DNA of 64,000 bases from an uncultured Verrucomicrobiota bacterium (GTDB lineage Bacteria; Verrucomicrobiota; Verrucomicrobiia; Limisphaerales; UBA1319). Positions 25,728 to 35,531 of the stretch are shown here, one piece after another; within the stretch, counting starts at the first letter, position 1, and the number at the start of each line of letters is the position of its first letter. A model generated the notes under the pieces. The model was not told the DNA's origin and searched no databases. It saw only the letters and a list, made by a program, of their open reading frames with translations. The position numbers were made by a program, and so were the translations under genes. The stretch lies in the NCBI GenBank assembly GCA_964538065.1, contig CAZIDG010000013.1, positions 1,488 through 65,487 of the forward strand, in the 5' to 3' direction.

Positions 25728-26462
25728 ATGACCCCGACTGGACAGGACCGTGAAGATAGGCCCCGGGTGCTGATCATCGATGATGATCGCAAGCTCTGCC
25801 GCTTGATCAAAGAGTATCTGGAACCGATGGGCTATGCCATCGTGCCGTCTCACACGGGGCCCGAGGGGTTGGCTCTCGCGACGTCCGAGCCCTGGCAGGC
25901 GGTGATCCTCGATGTCATGCTGCCTGGCATGGACGGCTTTGAGGTGCTGCGTCAACTGCGTCAAAAGTCCAGGGTGCCCGTCCTCATGCTCACCGCCCGT
26001 GGCGAGGAACCCGACCGGATTGTGGGCCTGGAAATGGGGGCTGATGATTATTTGCCCAAGACCTTTTCATCCCGTGAATTGCTGGCTCGCCTGCGAGCCG
26101 TCATCCGCCGCTCGTCCCAATCCGCCGAGGAGAAGCCCGAGGCGGCCGAAGTCGTGGTCGGCGACCTGCGCATCAACACGGGGGCGCGGGTGGCGGTGAT
26201 GCATGACCAACCGCTGATCCTGACGCCGGTGGAGTTTGACCTGCTGCTCTCGCTGGCGAAGGCGCGGGGCAGGGTCAAGACCCGCGAGCAGTTGCTTGAG
26301 GAGATACGGGAGCGCAACTACGAGGTGTTCGATCGTTCGATCGATGTTCACATATCGGCGTTGCGCAGGAAGCTGGGAGACGACCCCAGGACGCCCCAGT
26401 TCATCAAGACGGTGCGTGCGGTGGGGTACAGGATGGTCATTCCCGGACAGGAGGATTTCTAG
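25728..26462 (+). CDS. OmpR-family response regulator, CpxR-like
   Basis: ORF 25626..26462, ATG at 25728. Receiver domain: VLIIDDD...ILDVMLPGMDG...MLTARGEEPDRIVGLEMGADDYLPKTFSSRELLARLRAVIRRS, close to the E. coli CpxR pattern. Winged-helix C-terminus: FIKTVRAVGYRM. Confidence 0.9.
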   Translation: MTPTGQDREDRPRVLIIDDDRKLCRLIKEYLEPMGYAIVPSHTGPEGLALATSEPWQAVILDVMLPGMDGFEVLRQLRQKSRVPVLMLTARGEEPDRIVGLEMGADDYLPKTFSSRELLARLRAVIRRSSQSAEEKPEAAEVVVGDLRINTGARVAVMHDQPLILTPVEFDLLLSLAKARGRVKTREQLLEEIRERNYEVFDRSIDVHISALRRKLGDDPRTPQFIKTVRAVGYRMVIPGQEDF

Positions 26463-27905
26463 ATGCGATTTCCGTTGTATGCCCGCATTCTGACCTGGTT
26501 CGTGCTGAACCTTCTCTGGTTGTCGCTGGCGGGATTTTTTCTGGTGCGGCTCCAGTTCCATGGGACGGTTCCCTCGTTTTATGCCACGCAGGCGGGGAAT
26601 CGCCTGATGGGCGTGGGGGAGATGATGGCGGATGAGCTGCGGCAAACGACGGATCGCAATGCGGTTCTTCATCAATATGGCCAGGCCTACGGGGTTGAAT
26701 TCCTGCTCTTCTCCACCGATGGAATTCAACTGGCAGGCAAGGCCACGACTTTGCCTGCGGAAATCACCCGTTCCCTGGCCGGCATGCGCGGGCAGGCGAT
26801 GGCCAGGGCCCGCGGCTGGGGAGGCCCACCCGCCTGGGCTCGCAGCAGCACCGGCACCAATGTGGCCGGGCAGCGTTCATTCTTCCTCCGCACCACCTCG
26901 CCGGTGTGTTACTGGGCGGGCATGTGCCTGCCTTCCCTGGATGCCGATTTGCGCGGCCCGCGACGCACGGTGCTTCTGGCCAAGTCAGCCTCCTTCAGCG
27001 GGGGCGGTCTTTTCTTTGATGTCACGCTGTGGGGGGGCGTGGCCCTGGGGGTGTTTCTGCTGTCCGCCCTATGGTGGTTTCCCCTGGTGCATGGGATGAC
27101 GCGGGCCGTTCGCAAAATGACGCTCGTGGCCGCCGAGATTGCCCGTGGCCGCCTGGAATCAAGGGTGGATGTGCGGCGACGCGATGAATTGGGACAATTG
27201 GGCGATGGCATCAATTCGATGGCGCAGCAGTTGTCTGACTATTTGAACCACCAACGCCGGTTCCTGGGCGACATCGCCCACGAGCTCTGCTCGCCCCTGG
27301 CCCGGATGCAGATGGCGCTGGGCATCATCGAACAAAAGGCCGACCCGGCTGCCAGAAGCCAGATCGCCGACCTGCGTGAGGAGGTCGATCAAATGTCCTC
27401 GCTGGTCAATGAGCTGCTGTCCTTTTCCAAGGCGTCGATGGGAGGGGCCAACATCCAATTGCGCGAGGTGTCACTATCGGAATTGGTCGATCATGTCATC
27501 AACCGTGAAGCCCCCAATGACGCGCGCATTGTCCGGCGGGTGGCCTCGGACGTGCGGGTCATTGCCGAGGCTGAATTGCTGGGCCGGGCCATCGCGAATG
27601 TGTTGCGAAACGCTCTTCGCTACACGGACACCCATGGCCACATCAGCATCGAGACGGCTCTGACCCATGGACAGGTTCTGTTGACGATTGCCGATGATGG
27701 TCCGGGGGTGCCCGAAGACGCTCTGCCGCATTTGTTTGATGCGTTCTATCGTCCCGACAGTGCTCGAAGGCGCGAGACTGGAGGCACGGGCCTGGGATTG
27801 GCGATTGTGAAGACCTGCGTGGAATCCTGCAAGGGACAGGTGCTGTGCCGCAACCGATCCCCGCATGGATTTGAGGTCGTGTTCACCCTGGTGGGGGTGG
27901 CCTGA
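26463..27905 (+). CDS. sensor histidine kinase (two TM segments, HAMP, HisKA, HATPase), CpxA-like
   Basis: Abuts the response-regulator stop. H-box FLGDIAHELCSPLARM. N-box VLRNALRY. G-boxes DDGPGVP and GGTGLGLAIVK. Confidence 0.9.
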   Translation: MRFPLYARILTWFVLNLLWLSLAGFFLVRLQFHGTVPSFYATQAGNRLMGVGEMMADELRQTTDRNAVLHQYGQAYGVEFLLFSTDGIQLAGKATTLPAEITRSLAGMRGQAMARARGWGGPPAWARSSTGTNVAGQRSFFLRTTSPVCYWAGMCLPSLDADLRGPRRTVLLAKSASFSGGGLFFDVTLWGGVALGVFLLSALWWFPLVHGMTRAVRKMTLVAAEIARGRLESRVDVRRRDELGQLGDGINSMAQQLSDYLNHQRRFLGDIAHELCSPLARMQMALGIIEQKADPAARSQIADLREEVDQMSSLVNELLSFSKASMGGANIQLREVSLSELVDHVINREAPNDARIVRRVASDVRVIAEAELLGRAIANVLRNALRYTDTHGHISIETALTHGQVLLTIADDGPGVPEDALPHLFDAFYRPDSARRRETGGTGLGLAIVKTCVESCKGQVLCRNRSPHGFEVVFTLVGVA

Positions 27906-27990
27906 GAACACCCGTCCAGGACCATGCAGGCCTTGCCCAGTGGGCATTTTATTCGCTCGTCATTGGGCACCAGATGATTAGGATACGGGC

Positions 27991-28932
27991 ATGAAGTGGC
28001 TTGCTGGTCTGCTGATTTTGCTGGGTTGCGGCACCATCTCCGTGGCGCAGGAGGAGTCCCTGTCTCTCGATCAAATGGTGGAGGCGGGGCAGCAATGGGT
28101 GCAGGAGAATGTCGATGACGATGTGCTCAACTCGCTGCCCGAGGTGGATCATCAAAAGGTCCTCGAGGTTCTCAATGCCCTGGAGGAGAAGCTCCGCGGC
28201 GGCCAGGTGCTCGATCTGGCATCCCTGAAGGAACCGGCCGAGAGCATCCTGCCCATCCTGGATCGATACGAGGAGACCTCCCCCTACGCCGCCTGGCTTC
28301 GTGCGCGTTTGGATTATTTGGAGGCGGCCAGCGATTTGAAGAAAATCACGCCGCCTGTGGTGGTTGAACCCGGCAAACCTGCGAAACCGCTGCCCAACCC
28401 GACCGTGGAGGCCCAAAACAAGGAATGGTCGAAGATCGTATCGCAACGGACAGCCCCGAAAGGGGGCGAGTTGCTGGCCACCCGTCTCAAGCCCATTTTT
28501 GCCGCTCAAAAGGTGCCCACCGAACTGGTTTGGGTGGCTGAGGTGGAGTCCGGCTTTAATCCCACCGCGAAAAGTCCTTCTGGCGCAGTGGGTTTGTATC
28601 AGTTGATGCCCACCACAGCCCGGAATCTCGGGTTGTCGCTTCGCCCACGGGATGCGCGGACGGATCCCGAAGCCAGCGCCCGGGCTGCGGCCAAGTACTT
28701 TAACTACCTGCATGGCAAGTTTAAGGACTGGCCACTGGCACTGGCCGCGTACAATGTGGGCGAGGGGAACGTCCAGAAGCTGCTTACCCGTTACAAAGCC
28801 AAATCCTTTCAGGAAATAGCCACGAAGCTCCCGGCGGAAACGCAGATGTATGTGCCCAAAATCAACGCCACGATCCAAAAACGGGAAGGCGTGAGTCTTG
28901 CCCAATTGCAGTCCCCTCAGAGCGTGCGTTGA
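27991..28932 (+). CDS. lytic transglycosylase (SLT domain) lipoprotein
   Basis: MKWLAGLLILLGCG lipobox. Catalytic region VWVAEVESGFNPTAKSPSGAVGLYQLMPTTA and AYNVGEGNV. Confidence 0.85.
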   Translation: MKWLAGLLILLGCGTISVAQEESLSLDQMVEAGQQWVQENVDDDVLNSLPEVDHQKVLEVLNALEEKLRGGQVLDLASLKEPAESILPILDRYEETSPYAAWLRARLDYLEAASDLKKITPPVVVEPGKPAKPLPNPTVEAQNKEWSKIVSQRTAPKGGELLATRLKPIFAAQKVPTELVWVAEVESGFNPTAKSPSGAVGLYQLMPTTARNLGLSLRPRDARTDPEASARAAAKYFNYLHGKFKDWPLALAAYNVGEGNVQKLLTRYKAKSFQEIATKLPAETQMYVPKINATIQKREGVSLAQLQSPQSVR

Positions 28933-29059
28933 TATGGCCTGCTGCTGAAGGCTTTGTGCATGGAGCATGCCGTCCTGTCCTCCCATGCCGTTGTGGGGTC
29001 AGATCCTGTGAAAAACCACTTCGCGGCGGCCCTGGTTTACGGTATGACTATCAGGGTTT

Positions 29060-31597
29060 ATGGCCGATCGTTTGCCCATTTATGACATCGAACAGGACAT
29101 TGTGGCCCGTCTGCGACAATGTCCCCGACTGGTTTTGCAAGCCCCCACGGGCTCCGGCAAGTCCACGCAGGTGCCCCAGATGCTCCTCAAAAACGGCCTC
29201 CTTGGGGAGGGGCAGATCGTGGTGCTGCAACCCCGGCGGTTGGCGGCGCGGTTGCTGGCCGCTCGTGTGGCCCAGGAATGTGAAAGCGAGCTGGGTCGCC
29301 TGGTCGGATACCAGATCCGTTTTGAAAACCACTCAGGCACGGATACGCGCATCAAGTATGTGACCGAGGGCATTCTCCTGCGTCAGATGATCCAGGATCC
29401 TGATCTGCGCGGCATTCAGGCCCTGGTGTTTGATGAATTTCATGAACGCCATCTGTATGGCGACATCTCACTCGCGCGCGCCCTGGACATCCAGGAGACC
29501 CGGCGTCCCGATTTGTTGATCATCGTCATGTCCGCCACCCTGCAGGCGGGCGAGCTGGAGCAATACCTCAAGCCCTGCACCGTGTTGCGATCGGAGGGGC
29601 GCGTTTTTCCCGTGGAAACGGAGTATGTGGATCGGAGGTCGCTCTATCAAAATGTCCCCATCTGGGACCAGGCTGCCGAGGCATTCCAAAGCTATGTGCG
29701 GCAGGAAGGCCCGGGCGATGTGCTGGTGTTCATGCCCGGCGGCTTCGAGATCCAGCAGACGATTGAAAGCATCCGGTATTGTTCGGAATCCAAGGGGTAT
29801 CTGCTCCTGCCATTGCATGGCGAGCTGCCCCCTCAGGACCAGGATGCGGCGGTGGCCCGATATCAGAGGCCCAAGGTGGTGGTTTCCACCAACGTGGCCG
29901 AGACGTCGCTCACCATCGATGGGGTTCGCCTGGTCATTGATGGCGGGCTGGCGCGCATTCCACGCTATGATGCCAATCGTGGGATCAACACCCTTTTGAT
30001 CGAGAAGATCAGCCGGGCGGCGGCCGATCAACGGGCGGGCCGGGCCGGGCGCACCGCCCCCGGCAAATGCATCCGGCTCTGGTCCCAGAAGGAGCACCTG
30101 GAGCGCCCGTTGCATGAGCTGCCCGAGATCAAGCGGCTGGATCTGGCCGAAGTGGTCCTGACGCTCAAGGCGGCCGATGTGGTGGATCTGCGCCGCTTTC
30201 GCTGGCTTGAGCCGCCGACCGAGCAGAGCCTTGTCGATGCCGAATCGCTGCTGGGCGACCTGGGCGCCCTCGACCATGCCGGGCGGATCACATCCCTGGG
30301 GCGCAAAATGCTCGCCCTGCCGGTACACCCGCGCTATTCCCGGATGCTGCTGGCTGCCCAGGATTATGGTTGTGTGCACCAGGCGGCGCTGATCACGGCG
30401 TTGACCCAGGGACGGGATCTTTTGATCCGCAATCCTGGCCGTGATGTGGAATCCTTCCGTGAGGACTTGTGCGGTCCACATGCCACTTCGGATTTTTGGA
30501 ACATGATGCGGCTCTGGAGCTACGCGAATAAGAACGGTTTCCGGATGGATGCCTGTCGAAGGGCGGGCGTGCATGCGGTGACGGCACGGCAGGTCGGTCC
30601 GCTGTTGCAGCAGTTCCTGGCCATTGCCGGGCGCGAGGGGCTGGATGTGGCGCCCCGGAATGTTCCTGACGAGGTCATACAGAAATGTGTCCTGGCTGGT
30701 TTTTCCGATCGTGTGGCCCGGCGGCTCGATGCCGGTACGTTGCGCTGCGAGCTCGTTCATGGACGCCGTGGTGTGCTGGCCCGCGAAAGCGCCGTCCAGA
30801 AGAGTCCCTTGCTGGTGGCCGCCGAGGTCAAGGAGATCGAGGGGGCCGAAAAAACGGTCAATACGCTCCTTTCGCTGGCCACGGGCATCGAGCCCGAATG
30901 GCTGAGTGAACTATTTCCCGAGGACATCAAGGCGAAGATGCACGTATCGTATGATACTGCGGCCAAACGTGTTGTCGCTGAGGAGCAAATCTGTTTCCGC
31001 GACCTTGCTGTCGGTTCCCGTCATATCGAACCTGCGCCCCTGGATGATGCGGCCCGCATCCTGGCCGAGGAAATCCTTCAAGGCCGGTTGTCCCTCGTGA
31101 ATTGGGATCATACGGTGGATCAATGGATTCTGCGCCTGAACCTGGTCAGCAAATGGTGTCCCGAGTTGAACCTGACGCCCATTACGGAGGACGATCGGCG
31201 ACACATCATCGAGCAAATCTGTCACGGGTGTCTATCCTATCGCGACGTCAAGGAGCGGGACGTCAAAGGGATCGTGAAATCCTGGCTGGGTGAAGCGCAG
31301 CGTGGCTTGCTCGAAAAGCATGCGCCCGAACGTCTTAATCTGCCCAATGACCGCCATCCCAAGGTGGTTTATGTGGCGGATGGCAATCCTTACATAGCCC
31401 TCCGGATCCAGGAACTCTACGACGTGACCACGACGCCCAAGGTTGGCATGGGCCGGGTTCCTGTGGTGGTTCATATCCTGGCCCCGAGCATGCGTCCGGT
31501 GCAGATCACCCAGGACCTTGCCGGTTTCTGGAAGGAGCATTATCCGCGCATCAAGCAGGAGCTCCAGCGCAAGTATCCCAAGCACAAGTGGCGTTGA
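29060..31597 (+). CDS. hrpB: ATP-dependent RNA helicase HrpB (DEAH box)
   Basis: 845 aa. Walker A APTGSGKSTQVPQ. DEAH-type box VFDEFHERH. Also SATL and TNVAETSLTIDGV. HrpB C-terminal region ending KYPKHKW. Confidence 0.92.
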   Translation: MADRLPIYDIEQDIVARLRQCPRLVLQAPTGSGKSTQVPQMLLKNGLLGEGQIVVLQPRRLAARLLAARVAQECESELGRLVGYQIRFENHSGTDTRIKYVTEGILLRQMIQDPDLRGIQALVFDEFHERHLYGDISLARALDIQETRRPDLLIIVMSATLQAGELEQYLKPCTVLRSEGRVFPVETEYVDRRSLYQNVPIWDQAAEAFQSYVRQEGPGDVLVFMPGGFEIQQTIESIRYCSESKGYLLLPLHGELPPQDQDAAVARYQRPKVVVSTNVAETSLTIDGVRLVIDGGLARIPRYDANRGINTLLIEKISRAAADQRAGRAGRTAPGKCIRLWSQKEHLERPLHELPEIKRLDLAEVVLTLKAADVVDLRRFRWLEPPTEQSLVDAESLLGDLGALDHAGRITSLGRKMLALPVHPRYSRMLLAAQDYGCVHQAALITALTQGRDLLIRNPGRDVESFREDLCGPHATSDFWNMMRLWSYANKNGFRMDACRRAGVHAVTARQVGPLLQQFLAIAGREGLDVAPRNVPDEVIQKCVLAGFSDRVARRLDAGTLRCELVHGRRGVLARESAVQKSPLLVAAEVKEIEGAEKTVNTLLSLATGIEPEWLSELFPEDIKAKMHVSYDTAAKRVVAEEQICFRDLAVGSRHIEPAPLDDAARILAEEILQGRLSLVNWDHTVDQWILRLNLVSKWCPELNLTPITEDDRRHIIEQICHGCLSYRDVKERDVKGIVKSWLGEAQRGLLEKHAPERLNLPNDRHPKVVYVADGNPYIALRIQELYDVTTTPKVGMGRVPVVVHILAPSMRPVQITQDLAGFWKEHYPRIKQELQRKYPKHKWR

Positions 31598-31713
31598 TAT
31601 CCTGTTGCACGCCAACAGGGGACAGGGGAACTGCGTCCCCACCGGTCCAGGGGTGCCCCTGGGGGGCAATATCCTGCTGTTCAAGATCACGATTTTGGGC
31701 ACATAATGCCTGA

Positions 31714-32724
31714 GTGAACTGTTTTGTGACCGGTGTTAGCGGATTTGTAGGCGCCAATCTGGCGCATGAGTTGGTGGCGCAAGGCCACAGGGTCAAGGCG
31801 CTGGTGCGCGAGGGAAGCGATTTGCGCGGGACGAAGGGGCTGGATTTCGAGATCATCCGCGGGGATGTTGGCAATAGAGCCCTGCTCGAGCAGGCGATGC
31901 GTGGATGCGATTGGTGTTTCCATGTGGCGGCCAGCTATTACCTGTGGATGAAGGATTATGCCCCCATGTATGCCGCGAATGTGGAGGGCACGAGGAATGT
32001 CCTCGAAGCCGCCGCCGCCGCCGGTTGCCAGCGCATTGTCCATACCAGCACCGTTGGGTGCATTGGCCTGCCCAAAAAAGGCCTCAATGCCGGCCAGTTC
32101 GGCAATGAATACACGCCGCTCTCTCCGGGGCAGCTCAGCAATCATTACAAGCGCTCGAAATGGCAGGCCGAACAAATCGCCTTGGAGCTTGCCGGCAAGG
32201 GGCTTCCGGTGGTGATTGTGAATCCGAGCACCCCCGTCGGCCCCCGCGATGTCAAACCCACGCCCACGGGCAAAATCATCGTGGATTTTCTGAATCGTAA
32301 AATGCCCGCCTTTGTGGATACGGGACTCAATTGGGTTCATGTCCGGGACGTGGCCATGGGACACATCCTGGCAGCCGAGAAGGGCAAGGTGGGTGAACGG
32401 TACATTCTGGGGCATGCCGAAGGCAACTGGACCCTGGAACAGATGTTCAAGGTGCTCGAAGAGTTGACGGGTGTGCCTGCCCCCCGTGTCAGGATCCCAT
32501 ACTGGGTCGCCTTTGGGGCGGGTTGCGTCGATGAATGCCTCTCGAAGATCACCGGCAAGGAGCCCCGGGCTCCCTTGGGAGGCGTGCGCATGGCCCGTTA
32601 CAAGATGTTTTTTGATCCGGAGAAGGCAGTCCGGGAGCTGGCGATTCCACAGACCTCACCCCGCCAGGCGCTGCAGGAAGCCGTCGAGTGGTTTCAGGAC
32701 AACGGATACGTTGTCAAACGATAG
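31714..32724 (+). CDS. NAD-dependent epimerase/dehydratase (hopanoid-associated HpnA-like or dihydroflavonol-reductase-like SDR)
   Basis: GTG start. VTGVSGFVGANL Rossmann motif. Catalytic YKRSK (YxxxK). VNPSTPVGPRD. Confidence 0.8.
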   Translation: MNCFVTGVSGFVGANLAHELVAQGHRVKALVREGSDLRGTKGLDFEIIRGDVGNRALLEQAMRGCDWCFHVAASYYLWMKDYAPMYAANVEGTRNVLEAAAAAGCQRIVHTSTVGCIGLPKKGLNAGQFGNEYTPLSPGQLSNHYKRSKWQAEQIALELAGKGLPVVIVNPSTPVGPRDVKPTPTGKIIVDFLNRKMPAFVDTGLNWVHVRDVAMGHILAAEKGKVGERYILGHAEGNWTLEQMFKVLEELTGVPAPRVRIPYWVAFGAGCVDECLSKITGKEPRAPLGGVRMARYKMFFDPEKAVRELAIPQTSPRQALQEAVEWFQDNGYVVKR

Positions 32725-32849
32725 ACCGAGGTTGGATCCTCAGGCTCGGGGCAGGAGAGGTTTGGCCACGGGAAAGGCCCCGACCCGCATCGCGATGCGA
32801 CGCAAGCCGAGGCCTTTGTTCAAGAGGCCACGGGTGTGGTCAGATGCCC

Positions 32850-34964
32850 TTATTTGCGCAGGCGATAAAACGCGGGCGTTGAGCCTGGCGCCACCGAGAC
32901 AGAGTTGTTCGCGACCCCGCTCACGGTCTTCCAATCGGCGGGATTGAAACTGGCTGTGGATTCCAGGGTGTAGCCGCTGGCATCCGCTGGCCAGGAGATG
33001 ACCACGTTGGCTCCCGACCGGCCAATCGTCAGGCTGGGCGATTGGACGGGTGTGGGATTGATGGCATAGAGGCCGAAATCATCGATGCCAAAATACCAGC
33101 TATCGCTTCCGGCGTGGGCAAAACGGAAGCGGACTTTGGACTTCTTGTCCGCCTGGGTCAACCGGAACAATTCCACCCGCTTGGAGTCGACAGAATTATC
33201 GTCCAGCCGGCCGCTGATGAAGGGAGCCAGGTCCTGGGTGACGGCCGCCCCAATAAAGGTGGCATAGGTTCCGCCCTTTTCCTCGCCGTTTTCATCGGTG
33301 TAAAAGGGAAGATCCGAGTATTGAGTCGTCAGCGTGGCCACGGCATCCACAGTGATTTCACCCGTGGATTCATTGGTTTGGTGGAGTACCCACCGGCTAT
33401 CAATCATATAAACCACCGGCAGCCAGGTCGCGCCTTGATCCACGGAGTATTCCACAGCGCCGATGCTGTCCTGGTTTTGCTCCCAGAGGGAATGGAACGA
33501 AAGGTAGACATTCGTCCTGCTGGAGAGGTCGAAATCAGGTGTGAAGACATAATCCACCTGGCTGCGGCCATTGCGATACCCCGAGGTGCTGAAGAGAAAA
33601 CGCCCGCTGGCCAGGGGGACATCGAGCACCTTGCCATTGACCACATTGTTGGGATTCGGGTTCAACACACGGTGGTAGTCCTCCTGCTGGCTCAGCGGCG
33701 CATCAGGAAGGCTGTAGGGGATGAAGGTCCCGGTGAACCGCTGGGCATCCACCACCACCCATGACGCGTAGGATGCGGAGTCCAGATTGCCCAGGTCAAG
33801 ATCCGTGTTGAGGACCTCGGTGTAGTTCGTCTGAGTCCATCCCGTGGGCAGTTGTCCTTCGGGAGTGCTGTCGAAGTTCTCAAAGTAAATCGGTGCCGGC
33901 AGGACGATGTTGCGGTACTCAATCACGGAGAACGCCACCTCGTTGGTGAAGCGGTTGCTGGGAGTTGCGTTGTCGGCAAACACCAGCCGCGCGACGTGGC
34001 TTGAGCCGGGCGCATAGAGGGTCTGGTTGGTATAGGTGACGGTTACCAGATCGGCTTCCTGCTGGACGATGCAGGATGCAGGGGTCCCATCGATCGTCAA
34101 TGCAACGGAGTTGGTGACGACTTTCGATGTCCCGTTGGTGATGGCCGCCATATAGGGGACCACCGGCGGCTGGTTGCTGCTGTTGTTGGCGGGCTTGAGC
34201 GTCAGAATCCGCGGCGTGAGGGAGGCCGACTCGGCCACCGTGATGGTGTTGCTGGCAATGATTTCATAGCTGTCATTGACCATCAGGTAGGCGACGTACC
34301 TGCCGACCTGGGACAAGCCTGTGGAAAAGCTGATCGAGCCCTCGGTCACAGCGCTGTTGCCCGCCTGTGTGCCGTCCAGATAGCACCACAACGTGGACGT
34401 TGGACCGCCGCCAGGGGTCTGACCTTCCTGGTAAATGCCGATCCAATCCTTGACATTGCCAGGGGCATTATTGAACGAAATGGTGATCGGCTGGCTGGGT
34501 GTATATTTCCTGTTATCAGCCCGAATCCGGGGACTGTAGGGGTCCACCACCATGAAGGTATTGGTGGCCAATATGGTGTAGCCGTCGTTTTCGAGGAGAT
34601 AGGTGTACCAAAGCCCGGGAGCAGTAAGCCCCCCGGTAAAGGTCACTGCGCCTTCCTTGAGACCGGTCGTTCCACTCTTGGTGTTATCGACATAAAGCCA
34701 CAAGGTCGAAGGCGTGGGGCCCGGTTCAACCCCTTCGGGGTATACGCCAATCCAATCCTTGCTGTTGCCAGGACCGTTGTTGAAACTGATGGAGATGTCT
34801 TCATCGGTGAAATAGGTTTCGTAAGTGGACTCCAGGGCTGGTGTCTGGGCCTGGGCGGACCATAGGCTGGCAAGAGACAGGCACAGAGCCGACACGAGTG
34901 GCTGCCAGCGCCTTGATCGACGCCGGACATCCAGGTGGGAGACAGTGGTCGTTTTTACATTCAT
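32850..34964 (-). CDS. large secreted protein: two DWIG(I/V)Y beta-sandwich repeats, a choice-of-anchor-J/MAM-like domain, and a C-terminal FYRLRK domain
   Basis: ORF 32850..35147, ATG at 34964 (MNVKTTT..., signal ending AQAQ). Tandem ~105-aa repeats share ISFNN(G/A)PGNxKDWIG(V/I)Y. The central part has FENFDSTPEGQLPTGWTQ. It ends in PAFYRLRK. Confidence 0.7.
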   Translation of the reverse strand: MNVKTTTVSHLDVRRRSRRWQPLVSALCLSLASLWSAQAQTPALESTYETYFTDEDISISFNNGPGNSKDWIGVYPEGVEPGPTPSTLWLYVDNTKSGTTGLKEGAVTFTGGLTAPGLWYTYLLENDGYTILATNTFMVVDPYSPRIRADNRKYTPSQPITISFNNAPGNVKDWIGIYQEGQTPGGGPTSTLWCYLDGTQAGNSAVTEGSISFSTGLSQVGRYVAYLMVNDSYEIIASNTITVAESASLTPRILTLKPANNSSNQPPVVPYMAAITNGTSKVVTNSVALTIDGTPASCIVQQEADLVTVTYTNQTLYAPGSSHVARLVFADNATPSNRFTNEVAFSVIEYRNIVLPAPIYFENFDSTPEGQLPTGWTQTNYTEVLNTDLDLGNLDSASYASWVVVDAQRFTGTFIPYSLPDAPLSQQEDYHRVLNPNPNNVVNGKVLDVPLASGRFLFSTSGYRNGRSQVDYVFTPDFDLSSRTNVYLSFHSLWEQNQDSIGAVEYSVDQGATWLPVVYMIDSRWVLHQTNESTGEITVDAVATLTTQYSDLPFYTDENGEEKGGTYATFIGAAVTQDLAPFISGRLDDNSVDSKRVELFRLTQADKKSKVRFRFAHAGSDSWYFGIDDFGLYAINPTPVQSPSLTIGRSGANVVISWPADASGYTLESTASFNPADWKTVSGVANNSVSVAPGSTPAFYRLRK

Positions 34965-35025
34965 GGCATTTATTTCTTTTGTTGAGTGTGAGTTATGGAA
35001 AATCATCCCCGCATGGAGCGTGGTT

Positions 35026-35517
35026 TCAGGGCGTGCATATGACGGCTGGCGTTCCATCCTGTCCCATGTGCAGCCATTCACTGACGATGGCTTCCCCTTC
35101 GGGTGTGGCGAGGGAATACCAGTTGGTTTGCGACGCCCGGCAGACAAATCGATGTGCTTGTGCCAGACCCCGCCCCATCTGCGGCGAGGTGCCCGTGGCC
35201 TGGGCCTGCTCCATTTGTTGCTTCAACTCCGGTGAGTACTTTTCGAGGTAGGCGATGGTCCAGGACGCCTTGTCCCTGGGATTTCCAGTGGTGGACACGA
35301 CCACGGCTCTCACAGCGTCGCACTCCGTGCCGTGCAGGCCGCGGATGGGGGGAATGGCGTTGCGAGGGCCGGTAAAAAGTTGTTTTTCCGAAAGATCATA
35401 AAAGAAGGTTTTATCCTCCTTGTCCACGCCCCCCAGGAAATGCCTGGCCACGAGGCAGACGGCTCCTGCCAGCAACACCGTGGTGGCAATCACCTTCAAT
35501 CGCTCAGAATTTGCCAT
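35026..35517 (-). CDS. hypothetical membrane-anchored protein
   Basis: 163 aa with a single N-terminal TM segment (VIATTVLLAGAVCLVA). It sits between the prepilin-like gene (15-nt gap) and the large secreted protein (61-nt gap). I recognise no family. Confidence 0.6.
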   Translation of the reverse strand: MANSERLKVIATTVLLAGAVCLVARHFLGGVDKEDKTFFYDLSEKQLFTGPRNAIPPIRGLHGTECDAVRAVVVSTTGNPRDKASWTIAYLEKYSPELKQQMEQAQATGTSPQMGRGLAQAHRFVCRASQTNWYSLATPEGEAIVSEWLHMGQDGTPAVICTP

Positions 35518-35531
35518 AGGAGACGATCATG

